A stretch of DNA of 62,549 nucleotides, filler included, from Squatina squatina (lineage: Eukaryota), in assembly GCA_031763465.1 (NCBI GenBank). It is 3 parts of 3 records of this genome, joined end to end, with 100 filler letters (N's around TTAATTAATTAA, not from the genome) between each part and the next. Parts side by side here need not be neighbours in the genome. Positions count along the whole stretch, not along the records: positions 1 to 17,201 come from JARFOE010000162.1; 2 more parts are not named here. The stretch is one strand, 5' to 3'. Each line of letters begins with the position of its first letter. Positions within the stretch are counted from its first letter, which is position 1. The notes beneath the pieces were generated by a model. It saw only the letters and a list, made by a program, of their open reading frames with translations, made no database searches and was not told the DNA's origin. The position numbers and the translations under genes were made by a program. This document shows, piece by piece, positions 1-13,562 of the stretch.

Positions 1-128
1 AGGGCTAATGGGATCAAGGGATATGGGGAGAAAGCAGGAGCAGGGTACTTAATGTGGATGATCAGCCATGATCATATTGAATGGCGGAGCAGGCTCGAAG
101 GCTCCTGCTCCTATTTCCTATGTTTCTA
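1..128 (+). mobile_element. CR1-type LINE/SINE 3' tail
   Basis: GATCAGCCATGATCATATTGAATGGCGGAGCAGGCTCGAAGG...CTCCTGCTCCTATTTCCTATGTTTCTA; the same tail recurs at 13563-13587 and, inverted, at 28081-28148. Confidence 0.7.
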
Positions 129-399
129 ATGGCTACTTTGTGATTTAGGTTGCATTATTATGGGCATCACCTATTCTCTCCCAATTTTTAACATATGCCC
201 GGTCAACTCCTTTGAATAATTAGCATAAGCTCCCAGCACAACTTTGGCCTAAATATGGTCAGCAACTCAAAATTAAACTGATGCAAATTTTCAAGGTATG
301 GGTTTGAAACGCAGTCTATGGGTCAGTCACAGAATGGGACAGCACCTGACAAAGTGGACATACTGCTGCATGAGATGACTGTGTGAAGACTTTCCCTGT

Positions 400-520
400 T
401 TGGCACTTTGGGGCACTATCCCGAGAGGACAGTAGTGTACCTCACCTGTCAGCAGGTAAAGCACATGGGTGCCATCTACTACTCTTAGGATCCCTGGCAT
501 CCCGGAAATCTTCTGTTCCA
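400..520 (-). mobile_element. Degenerate Harbinger (HARBI1-like) transposase fragment
   Basis: Translation ISGMPGILRVVDGTHV resembles the Harbinger IAGFPxVxGxIDGTHV motif around the first catalytic Asp. Confidence 0.5.
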
Positions 521-567
521 TGTTAAGCTGATGCTTGCATACCAAAGGGGAAAGTGCAAGATATGGT

Positions 568-1284
568 GGGGCTGAAATTCCCCTATTTTCTCGCCCCTTT
601 AGTGCCTCCGAGGGGCGCTAACGGGGCGCAAATCAAAAAAAATGGCGGCGTGAGGCGGTCATCTCGCCTCCCAGGAAATTCCCCAGGGGGTCCCAGAGGC
701 GCAAATGGCATTAGGCCTGGCCCAGGGAATTTTGCAGAGGGTCGGCACGCCACATCATCAAAAGGCGTGCCAACCCTCAGCTTCCCTGTTGCACCCTGTG
801 GGTGAAGTTTCCCCGTGGGGTGCAAGAGCCACAGCCATCGGTGGCAATGACAGCTTCGGCTGTTGTTCCCTGGGCCCCTTAAAGGAGAGGGCTGTTAGCG
901 CCTGCGGCCACCATTTTTTAATATCGGACAACACTTAGGTCTTTGCTCCGACCGGACCGTCATCCATGTGCCCGGCATGCCGACTGGTGGCCCAGTGGCA
1001 GCCACTGGGGCGTTTCCTTTTTGGCTGGTGGCCCTCCCCTTTAAGGGAGAGGCGGGGCGTCGGCTGACATCTGTGCTCCACGGAATGCTGGCGTCCCAAG
1101 CAGGGCGCGGACGTTGTCAGCATCCCTGCATCAATGCCACATGTGTGCCCCGGAAATGAGTTGGATAGTGCTCTGCCTCATATCCGCTATGGTAAGCTGA
1201 ATATCGCGGCAGGGACGCAGGTTCTGGGGCCGGCGAAAAAAGTCCCAGACCTGGAGCCCTGCACCTCAGGGGAATTTCTACCTC
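568..1284. mobile_element. GC-rich non-autonomous DNA transposon (MITE, probably Harbinger-derived)
   Basis: Imperfect TIRs GGGGCTGAAATTCCCCT (568-584) and AGGGGAATTTCTACCTC (1268-1284), 14/17 match; CpG-rich interior in AT-rich flanks. Confidence 0.7.
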
Positions 1285-1839
1285 TAAGGATTTGCTTCAT
1301 TTAATGAGGGCTTCTGGTGATTTTGTGGACAATATTTGGCAATTTTACTTCAACATCAGCATTTCTTACATGTTCTATTGCAAAATAAATTTAACATACC
1401 AAAGAATATGTACAAATTTTTATTGCACTCATTCCAGGTTTAAGCAAAATGGCACATGATAAAAGCTATGAATGAGAAAATTATCACAGAAGATTTCCTC
1501 TCTTCACTACTTGAAGCAAAATGTAAACATGTAAATGTGTACAGAAAGAAGTATTGACTTCTGTCAATGAAGCACAAAGCAGATGCAGGGGTGGGAACAA
1601 TTATCAGAATGAGATCTATTATCAGGCCAGGGCTAGGCATACTAATAAGATATTTGTACAGACCTGCACAGTTGCACAGTTGGAACAATTTGTAAGGCTG
1701 CACCTAGCCTCAGATTGAAGGCAAGAAGCAAAGTACCCTGGGTGTAAAAAGCTGATGCTAAATATGCTGTTTTGTCCTTGTTTTCACTTCAGCAAAGTTT
1801 ACAATTTCAATGCCAAAGGAGCAATATCTACTATAAAGT

Positions 1840-2579
1840 CTTCATAGGCAGTCCCTCGGGGTCGAGGATGACTTACTTCCACTCCAGAGTTGTGGGTTCT
1901 GAGGTGGCTGAAAAGTCTGATACGGGATCTGCAAACTCGACCACAGGTGGGGCAGGTGGTTTTCGATGAGTCGAGCGGATGGGATGCTCATGTTTCCACC
2001 TGCGCTTGGCCTCCAAGTGTTCCCGCCGGAGAATCTCAAAATGGTTGGTGCCTTCACAGATGCTTCTCCTCCATTGCGGGAGGACTTGGGCCAAGGATTC
2101 CCATGAGTCGGTGGGGATTTTGCATTTTTTCAGTGAGGCTTTGAGGACGTCCTTGAAGCGTTTCCTCTGCCCTCCTCGAAGGTGTTTGCCATGACAGAGC
2201 TCGGAATATAGTGCTTGTTTCGGGAGTCTTGAATCAGGCATGCGGACGATGTGACCCGCCCACCGCAGTTGGTTGAGCGTGACCAGTGCCTCGATACTGG
2301 GGATGTTGGCCTGAGAGAGGACGCTGATGTTGGTGCATTTATCCTGCCAGTTGATTTGCAGGATTTTGCGGAGGCAGCGTTGGTGGTATTTCTCCAGTGC
2401 TTTGAGGTGCCTGCTGTACAGTGACCATGTCTCCGATGCATACAGGAGGGCGGGTATCACTGCTGCCTTGTAGACCATGAGCTTGGTGCCAGGTTTGAGG
2501 ACTTTGCCTTCAAACACTCTCTGCCTCAAGCGGCGAAGGCTGTGCTGGCACACTGGAGGTGGTGTTGGATTTTGTCGTC
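1840..2579 (-). mobile_element. 5'-truncated RTE-clade LINE, C-terminal RT region, with target-site duplication
   Basis: ORF 1873-2553 LLYASETW...HQRCLRKIL...QLRWAGHIVRMPDSRLPKQALY...GGQRKRFKD; terminal CPTCGRVCRSRIRLFSHLRTH zinc finger in a shifted frame; ACTATAAAGT repeated at 1830-1839 and 2580-2589. Confidence 0.9.
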
Positions 2580-5086
2580 ACTATAAAGTGCACTTGTATT
2601 ATAAGGAAGCATCTGAGAAGGAACAACAACATGAAGCCCATTACACATAGCATGTCTCCGAGTGGAGATAAATAGATTGCTTTGTGGTTTCACTAATGTA
2701 GATAGCGCTATAAATTTCATTAAAAAATGGAGATCGGGTTCTGAATTTTCAATCCTCCCACCCGCCGGAAATGGAGCGTCAGGGCCCTTAAAATGGTGTG
2801 AATGAACTTATCAGCACATTGCCTTCATTTCTGTGGCCATCTCCAATTTGCGTCCGTCCTCCGATTAGGTAGCTCGGGAGGCCATCTGAAGAAGGCGAAC
2901 AGCTCATTTAGATATTTAAATCTGAGTCCCATGATGTCAATAGGAACTTGATACCATTTTGAGGGCTACTGCGTGAAGTGTACCTGGTAGTCAAGAGGAA
3001 GAGGCCCCCGAATTCGAAATTTATTTTTCTGGGACCAGGTGGAGCAGGCGTGCTGTCACATTCCCCTGTCATCTTTTCAATTGGGAGGGGGCACATGGCT
3101 GAGCTAGCTACAGATTCTTCAATTACTTCTAATGCCAATTGAGCTGCAAGAGTCATCCTTGCCAGATGACAACCACTGTCCTACCCCCATCGCCCAGGTA
3201 AAACCACAACAAGCCATTATGTTGTTGCCTGTTTATGAACAGTTGAGACCCAAAACAATTGTCACGTGCAGATTGCAGTCTTGGACCACATGGGCACTTT
3301 TTAAATGCGGCTTTACACTGGACTGGAGTTATACTATACCAGATGTGGAACCCAAGGGAGGTGATGTTACCATATTAGAGGCAATATTGCAGCATCCTTC
3401 GTCAGTGGGCTCAACGGCCAGTTTGGAACCTGACTCCCGAGTTACACTGCTGCCTTCGGGTTGATGAAGGCCTGAAACTGCTTTGCATTGACACGAGACT
3501 GGACAGCAAAGTTATTTGAAAAATGCCTGCTAATAGGTCTAGATTAATCACAGTCAGATAAAGGCAGTGATCCTTAAGACAAAATTATAAGTAACGCCAG
3601 GGATCTGATTCTATTGTAAAACAGACAGATGGTAGAACGTTCTCTCATTTTGTATGAGGGGAAAGTTCCACTTCAGGACAGGATCAATTAGTTAAAAACA
3701 GAGAAATCCCAGGGGAAGTTTATTCAGTGAAAAGTGCTTGACTATATGTGCAATTTACAAAAAATATTGAAATATAATTCATACGTTCAGTGCGAAGCAT
3801 TTTTTTCCTTTCTTTGAACATCAGCCATTCCAAGTCTCCAATCATGACCAAAGCAGCTCCGATGTCACGGATTACAGGTGTCCTGGGGCAACATTCTTTG
3901 GTGCTTCCAGTGTGGAGGCAGACCTGGAGTTGCAGAGGCAAGACCAGAGAGTAGTGGTTGCTATTACAGGAAGCATATTTCAGCAGGCATATTTTGCAGC
4001 AAAATGCCATTGTTGTTATTGGTACGGAAATGTAGNNNNNNNNNNNNNNNNNNNNNNNNNNNNNNNNNNNNNNNNNNNNNNNNNNNNNNNNNNNNNNNNN
4101 NNNNNNNNNNNNNNNNNNNNNNNNNNNNNNNNNNNCGGCTGAATGGCCCATTTCTGTGCTGTAAATTCTATGTAATGTAAAAAAGATATGGGCCCCATCC
4201 TGTAGGTGTCTGCACCATTTTATGACTGAAATGAAAGGCAAAGTGACTTTCTCCCCAGCTTCTTCCAATGGCACTCTTAGAGTTATTTAAGTGAGGCAAA
4301 GGTTGGCTCGCCCTGAAATGTTCCCTCCAGGCCTGTGGTGAGCGCCTCTCCTCTTTTCAGCTCCACCCTGATGACTAAATTGAGATTGGAGATTCACTCT
4401 GTGGAAAATAATAGGCGTTAGCTTCCATTCTACCATTCTGTGGCACAGCATGTCGGTGCACCAATATGTCGCCTCTCTAAAGCCTTTATTTACGTAACAG
4501 TGAGTCACTGACACAATTATCAAAAAAAATCTCCCAGATTTATAAATTGATTGTACAAGACAACATCCAAAGGTCGTTTTACTTCAGGGTGAGATCATTG
4601 CTGTTTCTGGTAAAAGTCACCTTCACATTCATGATAGTGAACCTATAATATTTTAAAAATTTTAAAGTAAAACATTAAAACAATTAACTATCTATCAATG
4701 ATTGTACCACACACTAAACCTACCCCGTGAAAAGCTACAACTTAGTGAAGATGTAGTAAATTGAGACAGTGTAGGTCCTGGTGCAGAATGTACATGGAAC
4801 CTCAATATATTTCAGAAGCAAGTTTAGATATCTCCAATGCCCAAGCAGTATGAAATGCAATGTCTCTTCAAGGCAAATCTGGCAAATTAATATAATTAGT
4901 CAGTTATGCCATCAAGTAATTTAATCTTTAAGAAGGCAGGGCAAGCATGTAGCTTGCAATAATAGTTATGTGGGAAGGGATCATTANNNNNNNNNNNNNN
5001 NNNNNNNNNNNNNNNNNNNNNNNNNNNNNNNNNNNNNNNNNNNNNNNNNNNNNNNNNNNNNNNNNNNNNNNNNNNNNNNNNNNNNN

Positions 5087-5678
5087 TACTGTGGCCCTGT
5101 TTGTCACCCTTGATTTCTCTGCCTTCCACTTTTGCTTTTCTCCATCCTGTCTTTTGGTTCTATCCTTCCTCTGTCTCCCTGCATAGGTTTCCCTCCCCAA
5201 CAGCACTCGCAAACACTCCCCCTAGGACATCGGTCCCGGCCCTGCCCAGGAGCAGCCTGTCCAGCTTGTACTAGTCCCACCTCCCCCAGAACTGCTTCCC
5301 GTGTCTCAAGAATTTGAGTCCTTCCCCTTTGCACCATTCCTGTAGCCATGTATTCGCCTGATATCCTGCTATTTCTACTCTGACTAGTACGTGGCACTAG
5401 TAGTAATCCTGAGATTACTACCTTTTGAGGTCCTATTTTTTAATTTACTTAACTCCCTGTCTTCAGCTTGTAGGACCTCATCCCTTTTTTTTTAACCTAT
5501 ATCGTTGGTACTGATATGCACCACGACAGCTGGCTGTTCGCCCTCCCCCTCCAGAATGCCCAGCAGCCGCTCCGAGACATCCTTGACCCTTGCACCCGGG
5601 GAGCAACATACCATCCTGGAGTATCGTTTGTGGCCGCAGAAACGCCTTTCTGTTCCCCTTTCAATTGAATCCCCTCCC
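5087..5678 (-). mobile_element. CR1 LINE ORF1 (SGNH esterase-like) fragment
   Basis: Minus strand reads RGTERRFCGHKRYSRMVCCSPGARVKDVSERLLGILEGEGEQPAVVVHISTNDIG, typical of the CR1 ORF1 esterase domain. Confidence 0.75.
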
Positions 5679-6260
5679 NNNNNNNNNNNNNNNNNNNNNN
5701 NNNNNNNNNNNNNNNNNNNNNNNNNNNNNNNNNNNNNNNNNNNNNNNNNNNNNNNNNNNNNNNNNNNNNNNNNNNNNNGCCCACAAACCTAGGTGAATAA
5801 AATAAAAGGGTAAAAAAAAAATCACACTTCAAACTTTTATCTAACAGTTCAGAAGATTTACCTTCACAATGGAAAACAAACTAGCTTTTAAAATTCAATG
5901 ATTCTACGGTTGGCTTCGAAGGGACAATAATATTTAACCAATATATAAGTTATTCTTGGTACAGGATTTTTATGCAGTCTGCAAATGTTTCTTCCATATC
6001 CATTCAAATAAAGAGATGTTCGGAGACAAGCCGAGGTGGGGCCTGGAGTTGAGGCAGGGATCATTGTGGATAAAAGTACAGCTAGGTGGGACAGCGTTAG
6101 TGAGGGGGACGGGGTAGCTGTCAGTGAGCAAGGCATCACTCAAGCAACATGATTCAGGTGCACACATCGAACCGGCAGATCGGAGGGCCTAGTTTGCAAA
6201 GGAGTAGGAAAATGGTAGTGAGAGATCGGATAGGAGAATATGTGCTGAAAGAGGAAGAGG

Positions 6261-6694
6261 AACTGGAGAAGTTGGGCTTCTTCTCCTTGGAGCAGAGAAG
6301 GTTAAGAGGAGATTTGATAGAGGTTTTTAAAATCGGTAACGGCCTTGATAGAGTAAATAAGGAGAAACTGTTACTGTAGCAGAAGGGTTGGTAACCAGAG
6401 GACACAGATTTAAGGTGATTGGCAAAAGAACCAGAAGCGACATGAGGAAACATTTTTTACACAGCGAGTTGTTGTCATCTGGAATGCACTGCCTGAAAGG
6501 ATGGTGGAAGTATATTCAATAATAACTTTCAAAAGGGAATTGGTAAATACTTGAAGAGGGAAAATTTGCAGGGCTATGGAGAAAGCACAGGGAAGTGGGA
6601 CTAATTGAATAGCTCTTCCAAAGAGCCGGCACAGGCACGATGGGCAGAATGGCCTCCATCTGTGCTGTATCATTCTACTATTCTATTATTCTAT
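6261..6694 (+). mobile_element. CR1 LINE 3' end
   Basis: LEKLGFFSLEQRRLRGDLIEVFKI motif, then CR1 3'UTR and a (TTCTAY)n-like tail. Confidence 0.85.
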
Positions 6695-7409
6695 ATGCAG
6701 GGACACAGTCTAATACAATGTGATGTCATCCCTTGGAATAATCTGAACATTACACTTCTTGAAGCAATTTAAAATCCGATATAGCAGAGATACAATTAGT
6801 AACACTGTTGGCCTTCGACTGCTGTGGAAAGGAATATGAATTCAAAATTTATGGCAAACCCTTTAGCTCTCAGTTGTCTATGTATAAATGAGTGCTGTTT
6901 TTGTGGGGGATGGAGTGAGGCTGTCCTTCATGGTGACACTCCCTTGCAGAGATATTTATTGGACCCTACCCTCTAACCTTATGGATTTTATGTGTCTGCT
7001 GGTTTTATATGTTTTGTTTGTCCATTCCTTGGCTTGTACTTTGGACTATTACTCTCTGGTTAGTACACAAACAGCCTAATAAAAGTTTCCAACTGTACAA
7101 AGAGAAAAGTGCATAGGCACACATGCACATATAATAACTGCAGTGCTGCAGTATGTCACTGTACAATGTAAAATTTTGAGCTCTTATTTGGCCTGACACT
7201 TAATAATTCAATGCCGAAGATTAAAATTAAAGCACACAAGCATACCAAGCTATTAGACACATGATCAAACTTCACCTACTTTCTTTATGTGGTCTAGTAG
7301 CTGATCTGTGCGTAGGAGTTGGCTATGTTGCTGCACATCCTGAAAAACAAGTTCATTTACCGAATAAAGTCTGAAGAAACTAGCATCACTGTTGAATAGC
7401 AAGATGCCA

Positions 7410-7844
7410 AGATTCGGCCTGTCGAGCCCGTGCCGGCTCTCTGCAAGAGCACTTCAGCTAATCCCACTCCCCCGCCCTTTCTCTGTAGCCCTGCAATTAT
7501 TTTTCTTTCAGGCTCCCTTTGAAAGCCACAATTGAATCTTCCCCTACCACCCTTTCAGGCAGTGCATTCCAGATCACAACCACTCGCTGCATAAAAAAGT
7601 TTTCCTCATGTCGTCTTTGGGCCTTCTGCCAATTGCCTTAAATCTGTGTTCCCTGATTCTTGACCCTTCCACCAATGGGAACAGTTTCTCTCTATCTGCT
7701 CTGTCTAGACCCCTCTATCAAATTTTGAACAACTCTATCAAATTTCCTCTCAATCTACTCTGCTGTAAGGAGAACAATCCCAGTTTCTCCAGTCTATTCA
7801 CATAACTGAAGTCCCTCATCCCTGGAACCATTCTCGTAAATCTT
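7410..7844 (-). mobile_element. CR1 LINE 3' end
   Basis: RFTRMVPGMRDFSYVNRLEKLGLFSLQQSRLRGNLIELFKI. Confidence 0.85.
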
Positions 7845-10569
7845 NNNNNNNNNNNNNNNNNNNNNNNNNNNNNNNNNNNNNNNNNNNNNNNNNNNNNNNN
7901 NNNNNNNNNNNNNNNNNNNNNNNNNNNNNNNNNNNNNNNNNNNNAGTGCGATAGAAAGGCACAGTCGCACATTGTTTTATGTGGTGATATTTGACATCAG
8001 TAAAGCATTACATTAGTTTTGTATCATCTGTCAATTGCCCTGTAGCACCAAAGTGCTTCAATTTTGCTAAAAGTAAATGCGGCACGAAAGTCAATGTTAG
8101 GTATCACTGGATGAAATCAAAACAATCTCGTGACAAGATCGCTGAAGGGAATGAGGACAGTGCACAGCAATGGAAGCAATTTGAGTCGCAGACAAACTAA
8201 TTGCAGGGTGTAATGCTGATGATTGATCACAGTTTAAAAAGTCCACCCATTGTTTTCCAGATGATACCAGTTTATTATGGAGCTGAGAAGTCAGTTCTTT
8301 TTAGCTGCCCAGTGTCATTCAACCACAAAAGAAACAAAGGGTAAGTGGGTGACTCATAATGGAAAATTACAGGATAGTAGAAAGGAAGACAAACTGCAGT
8401 GGAACACCGACACAAGCAAAAAAGGTTTGTACTTTGTCCTTGTCCAAATTGAAACTGGTTTGAGATGAATGGTGCTCTCTCTGTAACTTGTGAATTTCTG
8501 GTTATTTCCTCCTCCACTAAAAGATTTGTCATGATATGCCAGGCGTGAAGCACAATGCCAGGGCATTTTTATTCCACTTGAGACACTAAGCAGATAGCAA
8601 TGGTGTGTAACACCAAACTCTACTAGGATATGCACTGTCTGCTCTACTATCTAGTAGCAGATTCTGTGTTCTGGCATNNNNNNNNNNNNNNNNNNNNNNN
8701 NNNNNNNNNNNNNNNNNNNNNNNNNNNNNNNNNNNNNNNNNNNNNNNNNNNNNNNNNNNNNNNNNNNNNNNNNNNNNCTGACCACTCTTTACATTTTCTG
8801 TTTCACTGGGTCTCTGTGAAGCTGGATGATTGCAGTCGTTCATTGCAGCATGTTTCACATTCTATTTTAACGTAAAGCAATAACCTTCACTAGACTTTAA
8901 CCACATCCTGCATACTCAGCCTTCGTTCAGAGCACCAGAACATAATGATATCATTATGCCTGACATCAATGTGACTGTTCAGCGGTGCACATGCACAGTC
9001 CAAAACAGGTTTACCATTGGCTGAGAATGACATGAACCGCGTCATGTAAACTGGAATCAACCTGACTCACGCCAGATCAGCCATTCCCAAATTCAACATA
9101 AACAACTTGCATTTAAATAGCACCTTTAACATGGAAAAGCATTCCAAGCCACTTCATAGAAGCTTAAGCAGACAAAAATCTCAGTACATTGTCCCAAAAA
9201 AAGTGCCCACAAGGCAGATCGCTGGCAGAATAACCAAGTGAAGAGTTTCCAGGCCCTTTTCCACTTTATAACTTTAGGTTACTATATTATTAAACTAATA
9301 TACATGTGTAACAGCTGTCACACACAATATCAGCATTTTAGTTGTTGTCCTTTTGGTTTTTTTGTTTTCTTACAGCAAGTCCAAAGAAAATGTCATATTT
9401 TTCAGTACGGCTGATCAGTCCCAGATGTAGAATAGGGTATCTGTGCCAATAAAACTGCAGGAAACATGCTTGTGTTTGCACACAAACCAAGTCTGAACTC
9501 TGAGTTGAACTATTTTGAATATATTTAGTGTTAAACTGCAATAGTGGGATGGGACGGAATGGGAACCACAGAGTACATACTGCAAACATAGTGCCATAGA
9601 TCTTTCTACCCTTTTACTAACATCAACTANNNNNNNNNNNNNNNNNNNNNNNNNNNNNNNNNNNNNNNNNNNNNNNNNNNNNNNNNNNNNNNNNNNNNNN
9701 NNNNNNNNNNNNNNNNNNNNNNNNNNNNNTTAGGGGTTCCAAATCATCTCCCGGAAGATTGAAATTACTGAAAATGATTCATTTCTAGAATGCAACCCAT
9801 ATCTCGTGAACTGTGAGTCGTAGACTTTTGAAATTAAAACAATTCGATTTTTTGGTTTAATTTGCTCTAATTTAACTTGTTTGTATGAATTGAATGGCGA
9901 CTGACTAGTTTTGAGACCCTGAAAAAGAATTCTTGTTTTAGCTGATTTCGAACCCTTATCTTGTGAACTATAAGTTGCTGAAAGTTATTCTGAAATGTAC
10001 ACCAATGCTGAGCAAGATTAGTACTGGATCTTTGTTTTAACATAAATTGATGTACTGCAGATAAAAAAAAACACTCATTTTTTGATCAGTCTAATAAAAA
10101 ACTGGACTGGTTTCACTGTTGGTTCATGGTGCTCAACTAAGCTTAAAGAGTCTAATTAAAATTGTGCATCAATGCATTACATTTTGCATGACATATACAC
10201 AGTCATGCATCATTTATGATTGAGACACACAGCAATAGGTTAGAATGATTTAAACACACTTTGATTCACCCTCAGTTCCAAAGCCAAAATACTACAAAGC
10301 AATTCTGCCTGAAGTAGCTGCGCTATTAGAACTTGTATTAATAGAGGATGCATATTGGGGATACATTAACCAAGAAGTAATGCCATAAGTGCATTGGCAA
10401 CAGTCCAACCTTCAGACAGATGTCATATCCAGAGAATTATTGATACATTTGCTATTATGAAATGTTATCTTTGAGGAAAAATATTGACTTGCAGCAGGTT
10501 CAGGGTTTACAATGATATCACACAAGGCATCCATTTAGTCACAACTATAATCACAGGCTTAGATACTTG

Positions 10570-10830
10570 AGGGATTGGGTGGTGCATTGTTTTTTTAACC
10601 TCTGAGACCTGGGCTCAAGTTCACCCCAAACTTCTGGGATGAAAATTAGTTGTTTATTGGTTGCAAGGGTCCTGAATGAAATGAGTATGGGCTGTCTTCA
10701 TCCAGTTCTTAGCGAACATAGGCCAACAGCATTAAGCTGGCACTAATGGACAACCTCAGGATGACTGGAAAATATGTCAGACTGGTGGTCGAGGATGCTC
10801 AGCTGAGGTTGATGCTGAGCCACGTCTACG
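10570..10830 (+). mobile_element. LF-SINE-related ancient SINE
   Basis: Collinear blocks ACCTCTGAGACCTGGGCTCAAGT, TGAAATGAGT..TCCAGTTCTTAG and CTGGCACTAATGG match the recalled LF-SINE consensus; diverged, ends approximate. Confidence 0.5.
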
Positions 10831-11383
10831 TTAATATCCCTCACCTTAATGAGTGCAAAATTCACAAAAAAAGCTTGTATTGTTCTACTTATACTGCAAG
10901 TTATAATGGCGGTTAACCTTTTCTCTGTTTAAGCAGCTCACTCCTTCTCTCCTCACTGCTGCTGTCCTATGTACTCCCAGTTGAATCCGGGTCACACATT
11001 CATTCCAAAACTACAAACGTGCCAACTACCAGGATGTTGCTGTTTGCTGAAATAATTCAGTACAACGGCACCCCATTCACCCCCTCCCGCTCTCAAATAC
11101 ATGGGGGAAAAATAATAAACCACATAGCTTTCTAGATTTCTTAGGTTGTCATATTAATTTGGGGTATTATCTTTTTTCAGATTATTTCTAACTCCAAAAA
11201 AATTATCTGCTGCATTTTTAGGCTCTAGCTCCAGGCCCAGGCCTACACCTTGCCTTCTCTTGCTTCAAACATTTCTGCCCATGNNNNNNNNNNNNNNNNN
11301 NNNNNNNNNNNNNNNNNNNNNNNNNNNNNNNNNNNNNNNNNNNNNNNNNNNNNNNNNNNNNNNNNNNNNNNNNNNNNNNNNNN

Positions 11384-12095
11384 TTGTATTTCTGATATCA
11401 TCTAATTTTCTGTGCACTCTCTCCAGTGCCTCTATTATATGGTGACCAGAACTGTACCCAAGGTTCGATACAGGTTTAACATAACTTCCCAATTCTATAT
11501 CTCTAGAAATAAACCCTAGTGCTTGGTTTGCTTTTTTTATGGTCTTGCTAACCTGTGTCACAACTTGCAGTGATTTGTGTATTTATGCTCCGAGATCCTT
11601 TTATTCATCTAGCCACTTAGATTTGCACCCTTCAAGTAATAAGGGACCTCCCTATTATTCCTACCAAAATGTAATACCTCACATTTATCTGTGTTGAACT
11701 TCATTTGCCAATTATTTGTCCATTCTGCAAGTTTATTAATGTCCTCCTGTAATTTGTTGCAATCCTCTTCCGTATTGATTACTGCCCCCCCACCTCCCCG
11801 CGACCCCCGCCCCTCCCAAAAAAAAAAATTTGGTGTCATCTGCAAATTTAGAAATTGTGTTTTTGATTACAAAGTCTAAATCATTAATGTAAATTGTGAA
11901 CAATGGTCCCAGCACTGATCCTTGTGGAACACCACTACCCGCCTTCTGCCACTCTGAATAGTTATCCTTCACTCCTACTCTCTGCTTTCTGCCAGCCAGC
12001 TATCCATTCTGCGACTTGTCCCCTGACTCTGCATTCTCTGAGCTTGTTCATCAGTATTATGGGGTACCTTATCGAAGGCCTTTTGGAAATCTAGA
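11384..12095 (-). mobile_element. CR1 LINE reverse transcriptase fragment (disrupted)
   Basis: [56 protein letters not shown]. Confidence 0.9.
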
Positions 12096-13183
12096 TACAG
12101 CCTTGGGGTGGGGGAGGTGGGAAGCTGAGCCGGGAGACCATTACACCTCCTTTGCACTCAAGTCATTATTCTGACACACCAATGGGCAGCTCAAGTTATT
12201 TAATATTAATTTCCTAATAAAATATTGCAATTAATGCCATTGAATAAAGTTCCCATAGTGATCAAATTGTCCTTCCCTGTAGCATTTCTACAAACACCAA
12301 CAGCACAAAGCAAAATGGACTCTCAGTGCATAGAGCAGGAAAAAGGTATCAATTTTTTTATTGTTTTGTCTTATTTTTGTTCCACAGCTTGGACAGACTC
12401 TACATAAAGATTCAAGTAACTATGGGTAAATTCACTGCATGGGAGATTAAGTCAGCTCCCGGAGGTTAGTAGTAGTTCAATACAGTGACAGCCATTCAGT
12501 CCCCGTTTCTCAAGGGATTGCTGGAAGCTGAATCTATTCCTATAATAATAAGGCACTTTCACACATTAGCAGAAACATAGATGCCAAAAACACAAATGAA
12601 CGCATGTCTTTGAATCTGCACTAAATGAAGCGATAGATAGCCTTGGACCAACAAACATAATTATCACTGTCTGATGGGGCCTGCAACAACCACAGAAGGG
12701 TAAACCAAACATCCCAACTACTGCAGCATCAAAACACCAGTCACATTACAACTTTATCAGGGTGTCCATCTCGAGTAAATTTGTGGTCTTCTATAATAAA
12801 AGATATATAAAAACACTTCTGTTGAGTGACCACATGAATAAGTATGAGCTAACCAATGCACTATTTTTGGTTGCCACAATCATTTTTGATGACGCTAATT
12901 AAAAGGCACAAAACCGTCACCTTAGACAATGCCTGTGTAGAAAAGTTACACAGATTACCAATCGAATGACAACTCAAAGAAATGTGATAAGTTCGGTGTC
13001 AGCAGTACCTGCGTTGGCAAATGTTAAGTAAGATATGTAGTTGAGAAATAATGAATAGGGAAGATAGAGCAGTTGGATGAACCAGTGTAACATTGTACAA
13101 CATGTTATAGATAATTCTCAAAATCTGAATAGTGCAAAGAAATGCTTCCACTACAAACAACTTTAAAAAAATGTCAAGGAATC

Positions 13184-13562
13184 AACAACAACAACTTGTA
13201 TTTATATAGTGCCTTTAACGTAGTGAAATGCCCCAAGGTGCTTCACAGGAGTATTCTAAGACAAAAAATTTGACACTGAGTCATATAAGGAGAAATTAGG
13301 ACAGGTGACCAAAAGCTTGGTCAAAGAGATTGGTTTTAAGAAGCACTTTAAAGGAGGAAAGAGAGAGAGGTAGAGAGGTTTAGGGAGGGAATTCCAGTGC
13401 TTAGGACCTTGGCAACAGAAGGCACGGCCATTAATGGTGGAGCAATTATAATCAGGGATGCTCAAGGGGACAGAATTAGAGGAGTGCAAACATCTCGGAG
13501 GATTGTGAGGAGATTACATAGATTGAAAGGATTGAGGCCGTGGAGGGATTTGAAAATAAGGA
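13184..13562 (-). mobile_element. L2 LINE 3' end
   Basis: ILIFKSLHGLNP / GRAFCCQGPKHWNSLP L2 ORF2 C-terminal motifs and a (TTG)n tail. Confidence 0.8.

Noticed and set aside
554-1159. Cluster of short GC-rich ORFs
   Set aside because: All inside a TIR-bounded MITE, with no protein motifs
3461-3485. TTGATGAAGGCCTGAAAC as a hammerhead core
   Set aside because: First core base is T rather than C, and no flanking stems
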